Shown one piece after another: positions 12,980 to 25,985 of a stretch of DNA of 64,000 bases (position 1 is its first letter; each line of letters opens with the position of its first letter). A model generated the notes under the pieces. The model did no database searches, was not told the origin of the DNA, and was given only the letters and a program-made list of their open reading frames with translations. A program made the translations under genes and the position numbers. Origin of the DNA: Lama guanicoe (lineage: Eukaryota); assembly GCA_013239625.1 (NCBI GenBank), contig MU056000.1:9494232-9558231 (forward strand), read 5' to 3'.

Positions 12980-14684
12980 TATCAGGAATTCAAAAGTTAG
13001 CCCACTGACCCACACCTAAAACTGCATAAGAGTGGGGGAAAATTTGGCCAAAGTCCACTCTCTTAGGATGACTCTCCTCAAACCACTGGCTTTTTATTCT
13101 AATATCTCAATATTTTCCTACATCCTTGGTGACAGGAGAGCATATAGTGGACCCTTCCTTACCTCTTTACCAACTACTCTGTAACACAACAAGTCCTCTG
13201 TGTGCCTACTCTAAAACCACAACCCTAGGAAAAAAGAAATGGAGAGAGAGAGGAAAGAGATAGAGAGGCATCAATAGAGCTAGAGCTAGAAAGGGGTAAT
13301 GAGTGAAGCCTTTCCTTTCAGCTGCTCAACCAAAGACTTTTTCACTGTTTTTACAGACCATTAAAATTAATTACCTGCTTTAACACATGTCTCAGAAAGA
13401 GAAGGGACATATTTGTGCTGCTTCATATGTGTGCCTTAGTATCCAATTTCCCATTCAAGTCACCACTCCACAGTGGATCTCTGAGAATCTTCCATGTCAC
13501 TAAAACTTATATTAAATTAGTGCATGTCCAATTTTTGTGACCAGCTGCCTGTTCTCAGCTCCTCAGGGTGTCACTGCACCGCCCTGCCCCAAGCACTGAT
13601 AGACTAGAAGAGGGACATCCACGTGGCCAAGAGCAATTTATACTCTTGGCAACATAACAGCTAATTTGTCTTCATGTTCCAGCAACTACCACTCTGGCCA
13701 CCCTTGTCCTGTCTGCTCGAGGCCAGTACTGGATTTTGGTAAGCATTCATTTTTTATAAATGGTTTGCAATAAAGAGCTTACTGTTGAAACTAAAATACA
13801 GTACTATTTTGAAGGTAAAATAGTGCTTTGAAGGTAAAATGGTGCTTAGCCTTTGGGAAGCCAACGAAACAGAGTGACACATGTTACCACATATTCAGAG
13901 ATTTTTTTGAAAATATGCTCATGATACATTTCCAAATTTGCTAGTAAATAGTTGCTGTTCATAATACAAAAACTTCTCTTGGTATTTGCATGCACTAATA
14001 AACAAATGACATGTTCTTCTTAATATTATAGCTGATGTTTGTGAGATAGGGAAGTTCATTAACTATTGAAGCATTTTAGCTGATGAGTGGCATGAAATGT
14101 CATGTATCCAAATACATCATGAAGAAGGCAAAGATTGTGATTAGAATGATTCTCCCCAATTAATTCTGACCAAATATTTTCCAGCGCTGATCTCGCCTCT
14201 CTAATCTTTTTGGCCCTTTACTAGTGAGTAGAAATGGAGGGAAATAAGGAAAGGCAAGGAAAGTAGTGTGGAGCAAAAAAGATGAAAGAATAAAAGGGTA
14301 ATATGTAAAGTAGCAGTTTTTTCCCCAGAGAGTAATTAAAACCTGTGGGGAGGAAATATGATTAAAATCCAAAGAGCTGCATTTTACTTCATGTCTTCCT
14401 CAAATCTCAGTGCAGAATAATTGCACTTAGGTGTTTATTGGGGATATCAAAAACGTAATTATAATTGGCTTACTTCTATCTTGTGACTATTATGTATCAT
14501 ACAGTAGATGGCCTGGTCCTGTTTCCATGCACTGTTATGAAGCTCAGAAATAAATATTCAGCACTCTTCTAGGAGATACACATATTTTGTACAGTAGGTA
14601 TTTTATTCTAACTTTTCCCCTGGATTTAGCTATTTTTCTATTTCTATTTTCATTTGGAGGGTGGGAGAAGGCTTGCATTTGAGA

Positions 14685-16310
14685 ACTTTTTTGAGCATTT
14701 TTAGATTTGCAGCAAAATTGAGAGGAAGGTACAAAGATTTCCCATTTACCCCTTGTCACCACACATGAATAACCTCCCCCCACCGTCAGCAATCACCACC
14801 AGAGTGGTACTTTTGTAATGATTAATAAACCTACACTGGCGCATCACAATCATCCAAAGCCCATAGTTCACACTGGGGTTCACTCGTGGTGTGGTACATC
14901 TACAGGTTTAGGCAAATGTGCAATGACATGTATCCATCACTGAGGCATCATACAAAGTATTATCACTGCCCTAAATTCTTTTGTGCTCTGCCTATTCGCG
15001 CCTTCCTTTCCCCCAATCCCTGGTGACCACTGATACTTTCACTGTCTCCATAGTTTTACCTTTTCCAGAACATTATATGGTATGTAGCCTTTTCAGATTG
15101 GCTTCTTTCACTTAGTAATATGCATACATTTAAGTTTCCTCTATGTCTTTTCATGGCTTGATAGCTCATTTCTTTTTAGTGCTGAATAGTATTCCATTGT
15201 CAAGACGTACCACAGTTTATTTATCTAGTCACCTACTGAAGGACATCTTTGTTGATTCCAAATTTGGGCAATTATGAATAAAGAGGCTATGAATATCTGT
15301 GTGCAGGTTTTTGTGTGGACATACATTTTCAGCTTCTTTGGGGAAAATATCAAAAAGCATGATTGCTAGATTATAGAGTAATAGTATGTTTAGTTTTATA
15401 AGAAACTGCAAAACTGTCTTTCAGTGTTGCTGTATCATTTCACATTCCCACTAGCATTGAATGAGAGTTCCTATTGCTCCACTTCCTTGTCAGCATTTGA
15501 TGTTTTCAGTGTTCTGGATTTTGGCCGTTGTAATAGATATACAGTGGTATCTCACTGTTATTTTAATTTGCATTTCCCTGATGTCCAATGATGTTGAGCA
15601 TCTTTTCATGTGTTTATCTGTCATCTGAATATCTTCTTTGGTGAGGTGTCCATCAGAGGCTTGAGGCCATTTTTAAACTGGGTTGTTTGTGTTCTTTTTG
15701 TTGAATTTTAGTTCTATGTATATCTTGAACAATGGCCCTTTATCAAATGTGTCTTTTGCAAATATTTTCTGTCTGTGGCTTGTCTTCTTATTCTCTTGGT
15801 AAGTCTCTTACAGGGCAGAAGTTTTTCATTTTAGTGAAGACAGCTTATCAATTATTTCTTTCCAAGATGATGCCTTTGGTAGCCTATCTAAAAAGTCATT
15901 GCTATACCCAAAGTCATTCAGGCTTTCTCTTATCTATTGTCTAAGATTTTTATAGTTTTCTGTTTTACATTTAGGTCTATGATCCATTTTAATATAATTT
16001 TTGATGGGTGTGTGAGGCCTGTGTCTAGATTTTTTTCATTTTGCATGTGAATATCTACTTGTTCTAGCACAATCTGTTGAAAAGTCTGTTTTTATTTTTG
16101 CTCCATCGTATTGCCTTTTCTTCTTTGTCGAAGATTAGTTGACTGTATTTGTAAGGGTCTATTCTGGGGACTGTTGTTTCACTTTTTTCTATTTTTCTAC
16201 GCTTTTTACAATACCACACTGTCATGATTACAGCAGCTTTATAGTGTGTCTTGACTTTGAGTAACATCAGTCCTCCAGTTTTGGTCTTCTCCGTTGATAT
16301 TGCATTGATT
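14685..16310 (-). mobile_element. LINE-1 (L1MC1-like) 3'UTR plus ORF2 C-terminal remnant
   Basis: 3' end ttagatttgcagcaaaattgag.ggaaggtacaaagatttccca. ORF 16064-16267 KTHYKAAVIMTVWY...IDPYKYSQLIFDK...LFN matches the L1 ORF2 YYKATVxKTxWYW / LIFDK / LFNKWC region. Confidence 0.9.
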
Positions 16311-16319
16311 GCTGTTACT

Positions 16320-16560
16320 CTGTGAAGAGGAGATTAGGACAGAGACATGAATACAGGCCATGTGAGGACCTCAGAAGAAGACTGCCACCTGACAGCCCAG
16401 GAGAGAGGCCTCAAGAGAAGCCAACCCTGATGGCACCATAATCTCAAGCTGATAGCCGCCATAATTGTGAGAAAATATGTTTCCGTTGCATAAGGCACCT
16501 GGTTAAGCCATAAATTCTGTAATATTTGGTTGTTATTACAACACCAGCAAATTAATACAC
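16320..16560 (+). mobile_element. MaLR LTR 3' fragment (MLT1)
   Basis: ggccatgtgagga...ccaggagagaggcctca.gagaagccaaccctg...tgtgagaaaata...attaataca. Confidence 0.7.
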
Positions 16561-17379
16561 CCCTTTCAGATCAACGCACAAATCTGGAGCTCAGATTGGG
16601 AGTGACAGTCTCCCTCTTAGGTAGTTCTTTGAGGCTGCGGCCATAGACATGCCCCTGGGGAACAGCTATGAGGGACCCTATGCTTTCTTCTCTCCTTGTA
16701 AGTTACCATAACTAGTAAATTTTACTGTTACCAGCATCGTGTGTTTGGCAGGCATGGATAATCATGCATCTTGTGCAACAAGATAGATGCTCAATAGACC
16801 TTAACTGAATGAATAGACACATTAAAAAGGTAGTGCAAAAACCTGGAAATTGGATGAGGACATTCTGGTATGTCAAAATTGATCAAGACAATGAATAGGA
16901 CACTTGTCATCCTTCCCAAAAGCAACACTTTAGTTACTTGATTTGCTCTATCCTAAAAAAAGGCATTTTTGATTTATACATTTAATGAGACCTGCACTGA
17001 CGCAGAAGAGCAATCTCTCTGCATCAATTTAGAGAACCTGTTTCACAGGATAAAACTGAGGGAACTTGAACCCCACACTTATTAGAAATCATAGATAATT
17101 CTAATAGATAATATAATGGTACTATAATAAATTAGGGCTCTTCAGAAAAGCACAAATCAGATAAAATGTCTCCCATAGTATTACTCAGTGAACAAGGGGA
17201 AGTATTGAATCAAAAATATATAATGAAGTAAATGATATAAACTATAAAAGAACATGTATTATCCATGCTTAATCTGGGACAAGGATATATATTGCAAAGC
17301 AGAATAATGAACTATTATTAGTTATGAAATTAAATAGAAATAATAATGAGACGTTACAGAAAAATATGAGAGAGAACGA

Positions 17380-19640
17380 AGTGCTGTCATTGGGATCGCT
17401 CAGGAATACACTCTGCATGAAGAAATTTTATTAAGGACGGGTCTTGGGAGCAACCTCTGAGAAGGAGTGAAGGAAATGAAGATATGCAGTGAGATAAATC
17501 AAATTAGATTAAGCTACAATAAAAGCCTTAACTGATCTTGGGGGTGCTATGGAAATAGGATGGTCCTTTGAGTTGTTTCCCACTGACAGAAGGAGTGGAA
17601 TCTTCATCTTCTCACAATCACCGGATATAAACTTCCCCTGGGGATGGGTCATAACCTTAGAATAGGCAGCTCCTTTGAGGGTAAGTTCTCAGGAGGGACT
17701 CAGATTTGAACCTTTATCAAGTATCACTCTCAGAAACGGGAGAAATGAGTGCCTTGGTTCTGAGTGGGGGGCGGATCTGGGCAGTGCACCACGTCACTCA
17801 GCATGGTCCATCCCTTGCTCTACTAATTGCTGTTTGCTTCATAAACATGTTGACTTTATCAAGGAGTGTCTCCTCCAAGATTCAAATTTGTCCCTTTCCC
17901 TAGAGGAAATTACAAGAGAGAGGAGAGTGGAGTGCTAGTGACAGGGCTCCAGGGAATCCTTACCATCTCTCTCTTCTGTTATCTTCTCTAGACTTCCTCT
18001 TATCTTCACTAGCAATAATCCTGTTCTCCATAGCTTAGCGGGTAAATTGACCCATATCTCATTACTGAGAGGTTTGGAGCTACTGGTCATTATGCCTTTT
18101 TCATGTCAGGAGTGCTTCTCCATTGGGAAGGGGCTCTCAAAGAGAAGAGCCATCTGGGTGCTAAATACATTCTTTCTGCTCTTATTACTTTATAGCAACC
18201 CTACCTACTTTTGATACTCAGTCACTACCTCCTGCAGAATGCTCATTCCTTCCCTTGCTTGCTAGTCTTTTGGCACAAGAGGCTCAAAGGAATGAGAGGA
18301 AGTCACTGCACTCTGTTTTGTCAATAGAAGGGATTACCACCACCACCCCATGCCCAGAAGGAACAGCTTTTATTCTACAAAGTGTAAAGATGTGTGGCTG
18401 AGATACACAAATTCCTCAAGAGGGCCACTGGGAATAAGGGCCAACCCTATTTCCATCTTTGGCTCTCAGACTATTTATTCTGCCTTTCAGGGACATAGTA
18501 CCATAAAACTGTCACAAATTCAGGGTATGTACTATATTTTGAAAGGAGGATGACATTCAATGACCACAGATTGTCTGCATTTTCAAAAATCTGTTCCAGA
18601 CTCTGCTTCTGAATAATGTGATATTTAATAGAACCCGTGGAGGTACCCTTTATCACCCTTGGTCCAATGTAATACTAAATAAGACCCAAATAAATAACCT
18701 GTGCATATGTATCAAATCCTCTGTAAGCCCTCAGGGAGTGGTGCTGGCTCAGGCCCTGTGGGCAGGAAAGATAATACATACTTGAAATACATGTTGGCTC
18801 CATTCAATCCATCACACCCACCTGTTTGCTTGCAAGGTCAATGCAGGAGTACCAGCCTTTACAGGGAGAGATGGACCACTTCTACAGGTCCGGAACAGTC
18901 AAGAAAAACTAGGGATTCAAGGTTGTCAAGTGCATCAACACAGATGTCTATCTCAAATCTCAGTGTCCCTATTTATCTGATCTGTTATTCTTGGTATAGC
19001 AGACTTCATGAGGTGGAAATTTTAACATTCTCTAGAGTCCTGGTACCCTTATTATTAAGTTCTGGGACTGATCCTTAGCCTTTTCTGCCCTTGGTTTCCA
19101 GAAAGTGAGATTTTTATGTTTCCAAAGAGGTTATGTGAATTTCACACTGAAGCCCAAATGGATAATTAATTACCTTAAGTGTTTAATTTTTTCTCTGATA
19201 CACCAATAGCACTCAGCAGGAGCCATTCTTTTATTATCCTAAACATTTCAAGTTCCTGTCCCAAAAAAACACTACATTCCTTTCGACTATACTCCATCCC
19301 CATTCAATGCTGTTGAAAATTTTACCATTTCACCACTATATACGACAGTTACAAAGGAGGCCTCAGCCTGTCCCATGGAAAGCTCTGCAGCTGAGATGGC
19401 CCTTAAGAGATGTCTCAATTAAAGAAAGAGGGCCCGGCCAGGAACTGCTCACATCACTGAGCCATTCCATGTGGACTTCCCTGTGGGATTGCACATAACC
19501 TCCATGAGGACATTCCTCTCAGCTGCAAGCAGTCCTGACTAGGAGCTGAGCTGTGAGCTACTGGCAAGAAACACTCTTAGGGTGGAGGAAATGAGTGCCT
19601 TGGAATCTGGAACCTACAGTGCACCATAGCATGCCCTGTA
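17380..19640 (-). mobile_element. Internally deleted ERVL provirus (two LTR16-like LTRs with gag and integrase remnants, ERV3-16A3-like)
   Basis: Related LTRs at ~17380-17812 and ~19330-19640 share gaaatgagtgccttgg..tctg...cagtgcacca. PPT-like aagggatggac (minus) abuts the left LTR. Minus-strand translations: EWLLLSAIG (19228-19202) and RAEKAKDQSQNLIIRV (19091-19044) are ERVL gag-like; FQNIVHTLNL*QFYGTMS and EIGLALIPSGPLEEFV (~18545-18405) are ERVL integrase C-terminus-like. Confidence 0.8.
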
Positions 19641-20848
19641 CAAGGTTATTGGTAAATATGCATGAGACTAAAATCCACAACGAGGCTAAATCAGTTTAGA
19701 ACTGCAACAGAATGAGTCGTCTGTGGAAAAATGTGTCCCACAAGCAGTTTGGAACAATTAACAGTGGTAATACTAACCTAAAAACAAGGGATAATAGGTT
19801 TCTGTAAAGTCTTACAAGATGTTGAAGCAGACTATCTCACACGTTAAAGAATATCCTATTGGAAGAAATCTTATGTGGTGATAAGAAATTCAGCAGTTCC
19901 ACATACAAAATTATGAGGTAAAGGAGTCCTTTAAAAAAGTCTTTATTTTATAATTAAACCGTACTCATTCATCTCAATTCCCCTAGAATATATTTTTTTG
20001 AAAAGGGTGGGTTAATTCTCTCTTTCTACCTCTGCCCAAAGGGTCGTTAATTTTTCTAAGGTGGTAGTCAAAGGAAAGTATTACTAAAGAAAATTATTCG
20101 TATCAGAATGTAAAAGTATTAAAAATAACCTGTGCCTATGTAAAGTATATAACAGGAAATGACATTCATGCAAACAATAAGACGTCCGCTCGATTGTGAG
20201 TTCTTGGAGAGCAGGGATCATGTCTTATTCATTGATATATACCAAATACCTGTCACAACACATTGCAAAGAAAAATGCTTGATAAAAATTTTATGACTGA
20301 GGGAGCCGATTAAGAAATTGATGAATATAAAATCTGTGCTTACGCTCAAAATTCACATCGAGTGTCTAGCAAGTGATTTGTCTGAGGTTGACTGAGACGT
20401 GTTTTGAATAGAGTTGTGAACATAAAAAGTATCCTCACATCCTTTAATCACAGGAATTACGTAGTTTACTAAAGGAAATTTAAAGTTCTTTTCCTAAAAA
20501 TCGGTACATAGTAACCCTGTGTTAGCCAATACTATTCAAGCAGCATGAACTGGTTGAGAATGAATTACATGACAAGTTGCTGCTCCGTGCTAGGACGCAG
20601 GATAAATAATACACAATTCCTTCCTTGAAGGAATCTATAGTTTTCAACTGATGGTAGCATTCATGTGAAATCTCATTATGATCAGGCAAAATAACATAAG
20701 AATGAAGTAGGAGTATGTGGTTGAGTTTGATAATTCCCTACTCAGCTACCATTTTTCCCTCCTTGAGTAACAGAATCAATTTTTAGCTGGATACATAACT
20801 CTCGAGAGTAATTGTTCCCCAGACGCCTTTGTTCATGCAGGAACCATG

Positions 20849-21200
20849 TATTACAGGCTGAATGTTTGTGTCCACTGTAAAATTCATACTTTGAAGTCCT
20901 AACCCCCTATATGATGGTATCAGGAAGTGGGGCCTGAAGGAGGTGATTAGGTCATGAGAGTTGAGTATTCCTTAGTGCCCTAATAAGAGACCCCAGAGAG
21001 CTCTCTCACTCCTTAGACCCTGTGAAGACACAGTGAGAAGATGGCTGTCTGTGAACCAGCAAAAGAGTTCTCACCAGACACCAAATCTGCCAGCTCCTTG
21101 GTCTTGAACTTCTCAGCCTCCAGAACTCTGAGGAATGAATGTCTTTTGTTCAACAATCTCAGGTTATGGCACTTTTTGTGATAGCAGCCAAGCTAAGACA
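20849..21200 (+). mobile_element. MaLR solo LTR (MLT1A-like) inserted into an older MLT1 (~20715-21490)
   Basis: ctgaatgtttgtgtcc...gaggtgattaggtcatgag...agcctccagaact...ctaagaca; 5-bp TSD ccatg/tcatg. Confidence 0.85.
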
Positions 21201-22355
21201 TCATGTGACCAATCTCTGATAGATGGAGTATAACCTAGGTTTCTGAGAGAAGTCCAGGAAAGTCTCTTTAAAAAAAAAGCCAAATCCTTAGAACAGGGAC
21301 GTAATGACCAGAGTTCCAGAAGCCATCTTGTACCATGAGGGAACGTTGAGGAAGGAAGCCGCATGCTGAGTCTCTGGTGGTTAAAGCAACCACACTATCA
21401 GTGTGGAAAGAAGGAAACTTCTCTCATTCTTAAGCCACTTTGTCTTGTTTAGATTTGTCTGTATACTCTATTAAGTAAAGGCAAACATAAATCTAGTGGA
21501 TACTAGAGAAATGAAAAAGCAGTAACTTATTCTTATAGGAGAATTGGGAGTTTTAGGGAGGAGGTACCTTTTGAGCTAGACTTGAGAGAATGAGAAAGAA
21601 GTTGTCCTTCTGTCAGTCCTGAACTCAACTTTTATCACTGGCATGAAAAATATTAGCGATGTATATGAAAATATTTGTGCACAATCAATTCCAATGGAAT
21701 AGTCAGTAATAAGAGTTACACTTATTGAAGTTCAGTTGTTCCAGGCTTCCTACTTAGTTATGTCTATATTCAAAAGTATCCTTTGAATCCCTGAAATGAA
21801 AGCCATAATTTATTTGCCTGTGAAAGACAAAATTATTCAACTCAGATTACAATTTTAAAAGCATGCTTTAAAAAAACACATAACAGCCATTTACGCCTTC
21901 AAAACAATTAATTTTGAAAGCAGAAATGTATAAATGTGTGTGTTTTCATGTATACAGAAAAAGACCTACTTAGATGCCACTAAATATAGAGCACATTATT
22001 TTGGTATCATATTAAATATAAAAAGATATGGTGCAGAGCCTCCCGCAGATACCAGTGCAAAACCAACAGAAAAGTTTATGAAAAACCTGTTCACTCCATT
22101 GACAGTTATTTGTAGACTAGAGCAATTTTTGCAAAGTAGGTTACTGCCTTCCTTGATGAATATATAGGTTGACATGCATTCCTGGAAAGAGTGGATATGG
22201 GGTTTGAGAGAAGGGAGAAGGAGAACACTGAGGAGCTATTGCAAGTTACAAAATATCTAACCTAAATGTGTTCTTGGAGAGAGCCCTGAGGTGAATATTT
22301 TAGTAAAGCAAATAATGTTTCTGTAATTTTTTAAAATTGTTTCTATCAAAAACTA

Positions 22356-22800
22356 TGAACAGAGTCTGAGGTCTACCTTACTTGCATGCTAACAAGTTGC
22401 AAGGTAACCAGTTTCCTTGAGACTGCTGGAAGAATAGAGACTCCTGGGTCAGAGATAAAGCGCAGTCATGGCACTACAAGCAACCTGAGCTTCGTGCTCA
22501 CGTACACTTCTCCTGTCCCCTGAATCCCATCAAGGCAATGCAGAAAGGCACAGGAGAATGCTGCACACACAATAGGTTGGTGACACAGGACGTGAATATT
22601 TTATAAAGAACTGCAAGGAAGCTTTCCCGACCTTGGCCAAAGAGGAACATACTGGAAAGTAAGCAAATCTGCTCTTTACTGTGGAGAGAGACGGTACCTC
22701 CATTTTCCAAGGCTATACAGACGTCTTTAAGAAGATAGGCAGCACTTCTGATTACAAGATGTGCAGAAGCATGAGAAACCCCGGGAAAGTTGTCTCTCAG
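22356..22800 (-). mobile_element. ERVL-type solo LTR (MER76-like)
   Basis: gagactcctgggtcagagataaag ... aagtaagcaaatctgctcttt ... ttccaaggct ... gatgtgcagaagcatgagaaaccc...ttgtctctca resembles this family's antisense consensus; subfamily name from memory. Confidence 0.6.
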
Positions 22801-22899
22801 AGAAGTACATACATTCCTCTTTGAGCAACAAACCAAAAGCCAATACTGTGGGAGATGAATCAGGCTGGCAAGCATAAGGAACTGAAAGGGGGCCAGGAG

Positions 22900-24120
22900 A
22901 TCTGTATCTGCAGCCAGCAAAGGAGGAAGGGGAGGCACAGAATAAGACAAAGTTAGAGAAAGAAGCAAGAAGTGGATTGTATTGGGACTTTTAATCCATG
23001 CACAGAAAGTGGGTTTTATTATGAAGACAAAAGGGAATCATTGAATATTTTCAAGCAAGGAAAGATCACGCTCTGCAATGTAATTTATATTTTTTAAGTA
23101 TTACATCTTAAAATATTACAGGTATTGGTCAAAGGGTCAAAGTTCCAGTTATTCAAGATGAATAAGTCCTAGTGATCTGCTATACAGCATAGGGCCCATT
23201 GTTAACAATACTGTATAATATATTTTAAACATTGCTAAGAGAGAAGATCTTATGTTAAGTGTTCTTGTTACAAAATAATAAAAAAAAATACAAAGGGTGG
23301 AAGGAAACTTTTGGAAGTAATGGGGAAAAAAAATCTCATTGGCCCTGGTTTTAGGAATGTTTATATGGAAGGAGCAAGAACAAGAGTAGCCAAAGGTGGA
23401 TCACTTATGAGGAAACAAAATGATGGAGACAAGGACTAGCATGGCAGTGGGGAAGCTGGAAAGATGGGAGCGAAGTCTGTGTCTGTTTTGAAGATAGAAA
23501 TGATAGAACTTAGTGATGAACTGGGTGTGAAGCACTGACTACGAGGAATGAAGCAATAATGGTGCTTAGTTTATTGCCTTGATTAAGTGTTGCAGATGAT
23601 AATGACTTTGACTTGAGTGAGTGAAAGAACAAGGATCGTGGAAGGGATGGTGGGAACTAAGAGCTCTGTTTTGGAAATATTAAGTTGGAAATCCCCATTA
23701 TGCTTTTAAGGGAAGATTTTTAGATGGACAGTTGGATACATAAGACAGATCAAGGGCTGGATTTGGACAGAAGATACATACATATTTGGAAGTCGTAAGT
23801 AATATGGCATGTAAAGACACAAGAATAAATGAGGACACTATATACAGAAAAGAATAGAGTGGAATGCTGTGGCAAAGAGATTGACATGATCAGATAAGAC
23901 AGGATAGCAAGACAAAAGAGCAAGAGAAGGGACCACAAATTAGGCAAATTGATATTCAAGTTAGTGTGGTGTCGTAGGAGCAGAGAAGAGAATATTTCAA
24001 AAAGCCATGTCAAAAGCTTCTGAAAAGTCAAGTAACACAAAGAGAAGTGTCCACTAGATTTAGCAGCATGGAGTTTTTTGATGATCTGAGCAAGAATGGT
24101 TTCACTGGAAGCCAAAGATA
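22900..24120 (-). mobile_element. L2 LINE fragment, interrupted by an L1 3' piece at ~23120-23330
   Basis: Purine-rich antisense L2 text (gacagttggataca; agaagtgtccactagatttagcagcatgg). ORF 23750-24169 contains AKSSGHFS, the L2 RT region. L1 insert: gatgaataagtcctagtgatctgctatacagcat. Confidence 0.75.
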
Positions 24121-25189
24121 CATTAAAAGTGGATTTAAGTTTTACCACCACCAGAAATGATAATAACATTATAAAATAACCATATTATTAGCATTAAATT
24201 AGCTAATACTCCAGTGGCAATCATATTGCAATATAAATGCATCAAGTCAATGTTATATGTCAATTCAATCTCAATTTTAAAAAGTGAGAATTTTGGTAAA
24301 GTTTAAAAATGAGCATGCATTCAAAGGCATTTTCTTTCAGCACGTTATATAATACTGCTTACTGTAACATAGTCCTATCTGCTTTATCACTAAACTGAGA
24401 GATCTTGGAGGACAGACACAGTGACTTGCACCTTGGTATCAAGGACGTGTAATGTGCATTTAATAAAGATTTAGAACAAACTGGCGTAGATTGAGGAGGA
24501 AACAATAACAGGTGAGGACTGAAGAATGGTAAGCATAGTTAACTCCTTTCCAGAGATCTGCTCTGGCGCACAACAGAGATGTAGGGCTAGAGGAGTCTAT
24601 GAGGTCAAAAAATCTGCTTTTAATGGGAGATGGTAGAGCATATTTCATATTAATGGGAAAGAACCAGAAAAGACTGTGATGCTGGGGCCCAGTGTGGAGG
24701 TCAGTCTTTGGAAAGGCAAAGAGGGCAAGTGGAGAAATTTATGTTCCTACAGCTCAGAGGTAATTGTTCCACAAAATAGGAGGGTAAATGTAAAATGTAT
24801 GTGTAGGAGAAATTACATTTGTAGCTTTGGCAGAAGGGGAGAGGGGTTCTACTCTAATGTAACTTCTGTTTACTCAATGAAGTATTATTTCTCACATTTT
24901 TTCTTAATGAAGTGTCTTATTTTCTCAGTGAAAAATGGAGGTCAGGAGTTGAACATGTGGATGAGGGAGGCGTAGGGACCGGAGAGGGTAGGTAGACTGA
25001 AAAAAAGAACAGAGAGTGAGGGAAAATGAACCTCCTAGCGAGAATAACTCTTTTGGGAGGTTATGATTTTGTTTGTTCCTACAGAATGAACATGGGTCTA
25101 AGAAGGTTGTGACTAGAGAGCAGGAAGAGAGCTCAGGTCAAAGTGAGGAGGAATTAGAAGGGCTTGATAATATATGTCTTGTTCACAAG

Positions 25190-25380
25190 CCTGCCTGTGT
25201 TAGGTGCCTAATGTGTATTCTTTTAATTCCCAGAAATCATGAGGAAATTATGATTTTCCCATTTTACAGTTGGAAAAAACCAAGGCTCAGAGACATAACG
25301 CAGCTTTCTTAAGTTTAACCACAACCAATAAATAAGCAGAATTTAGATTCAAGATTAAGTCTGACTTAAAAGCTCACATT
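25190..25380 (-). mobile_element. MIR SINE
   Basis: cccattttacagttggaaaaaaccaaggctcagaga, the antisense MIR core. Confidence 0.7.
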
Positions 25381-25962
25381 CTCTCCCAGCAGTGGGGAGA
25401 CATCAGAGACCTTAATTCGAAAAAGGTATGTGAAGAGATCTCTGTTTCAGGAAGACAATTTTTAGAAAAGTGGATAAATTGAAGGGACAGAGGCAAGAGG
25501 GAACAACCAAGCAGCTTGGAGGGTACTGCAATTGGTCGGGTACGCGCTGAGGGTGCTCTACCCAGCATCTACCTATTCACTCCCTCTCTGCCACATCAAT
25601 TTGCTTCTATTCTGCTATGGATGGTTGTTAAAAAAAAAAAAAGGAGACATTAATGCCATCTCTCTTGCTTCTCTCTTCACGTTCTCCCCCCAACTTCAGA
25701 GCAAGTGGGGGTGGGGCAGTGAAGAGGGGAAAGATAGGAGGAGAGGACTTACAAAGTGCGAAGGCACGCTCAGTTACGCTCAGTCACGCTCAGTCACGCT
25801 GTCTCAGGATGTTTCAGGAATAGCCTAGCCTGAGTAACCTGAAGTGAGTCTAGGAGCTAGGAGAGAGATGCGGTGCCCCAGGACACTGGCAAGATAACTC
25901 CGCTCTAAAACCATCATCCACATGGGCTTGTTTTGCTTGGAAAGCACATTCCCTTTTCACTT

Positions 25963-25985
25963 TGTGTGTGTGTGTGTGTGTGTGT
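25963..25985 (+). repeat. (TG)n microsatellite
   Basis: Direct dinucleotide run. Confidence 0.95.

Noticed and set aside
22498..22968. Longest ORF (156 aa)
   Set aside because: Lies across an LTR and flank, has a non-ATG start and no recognisable domain.
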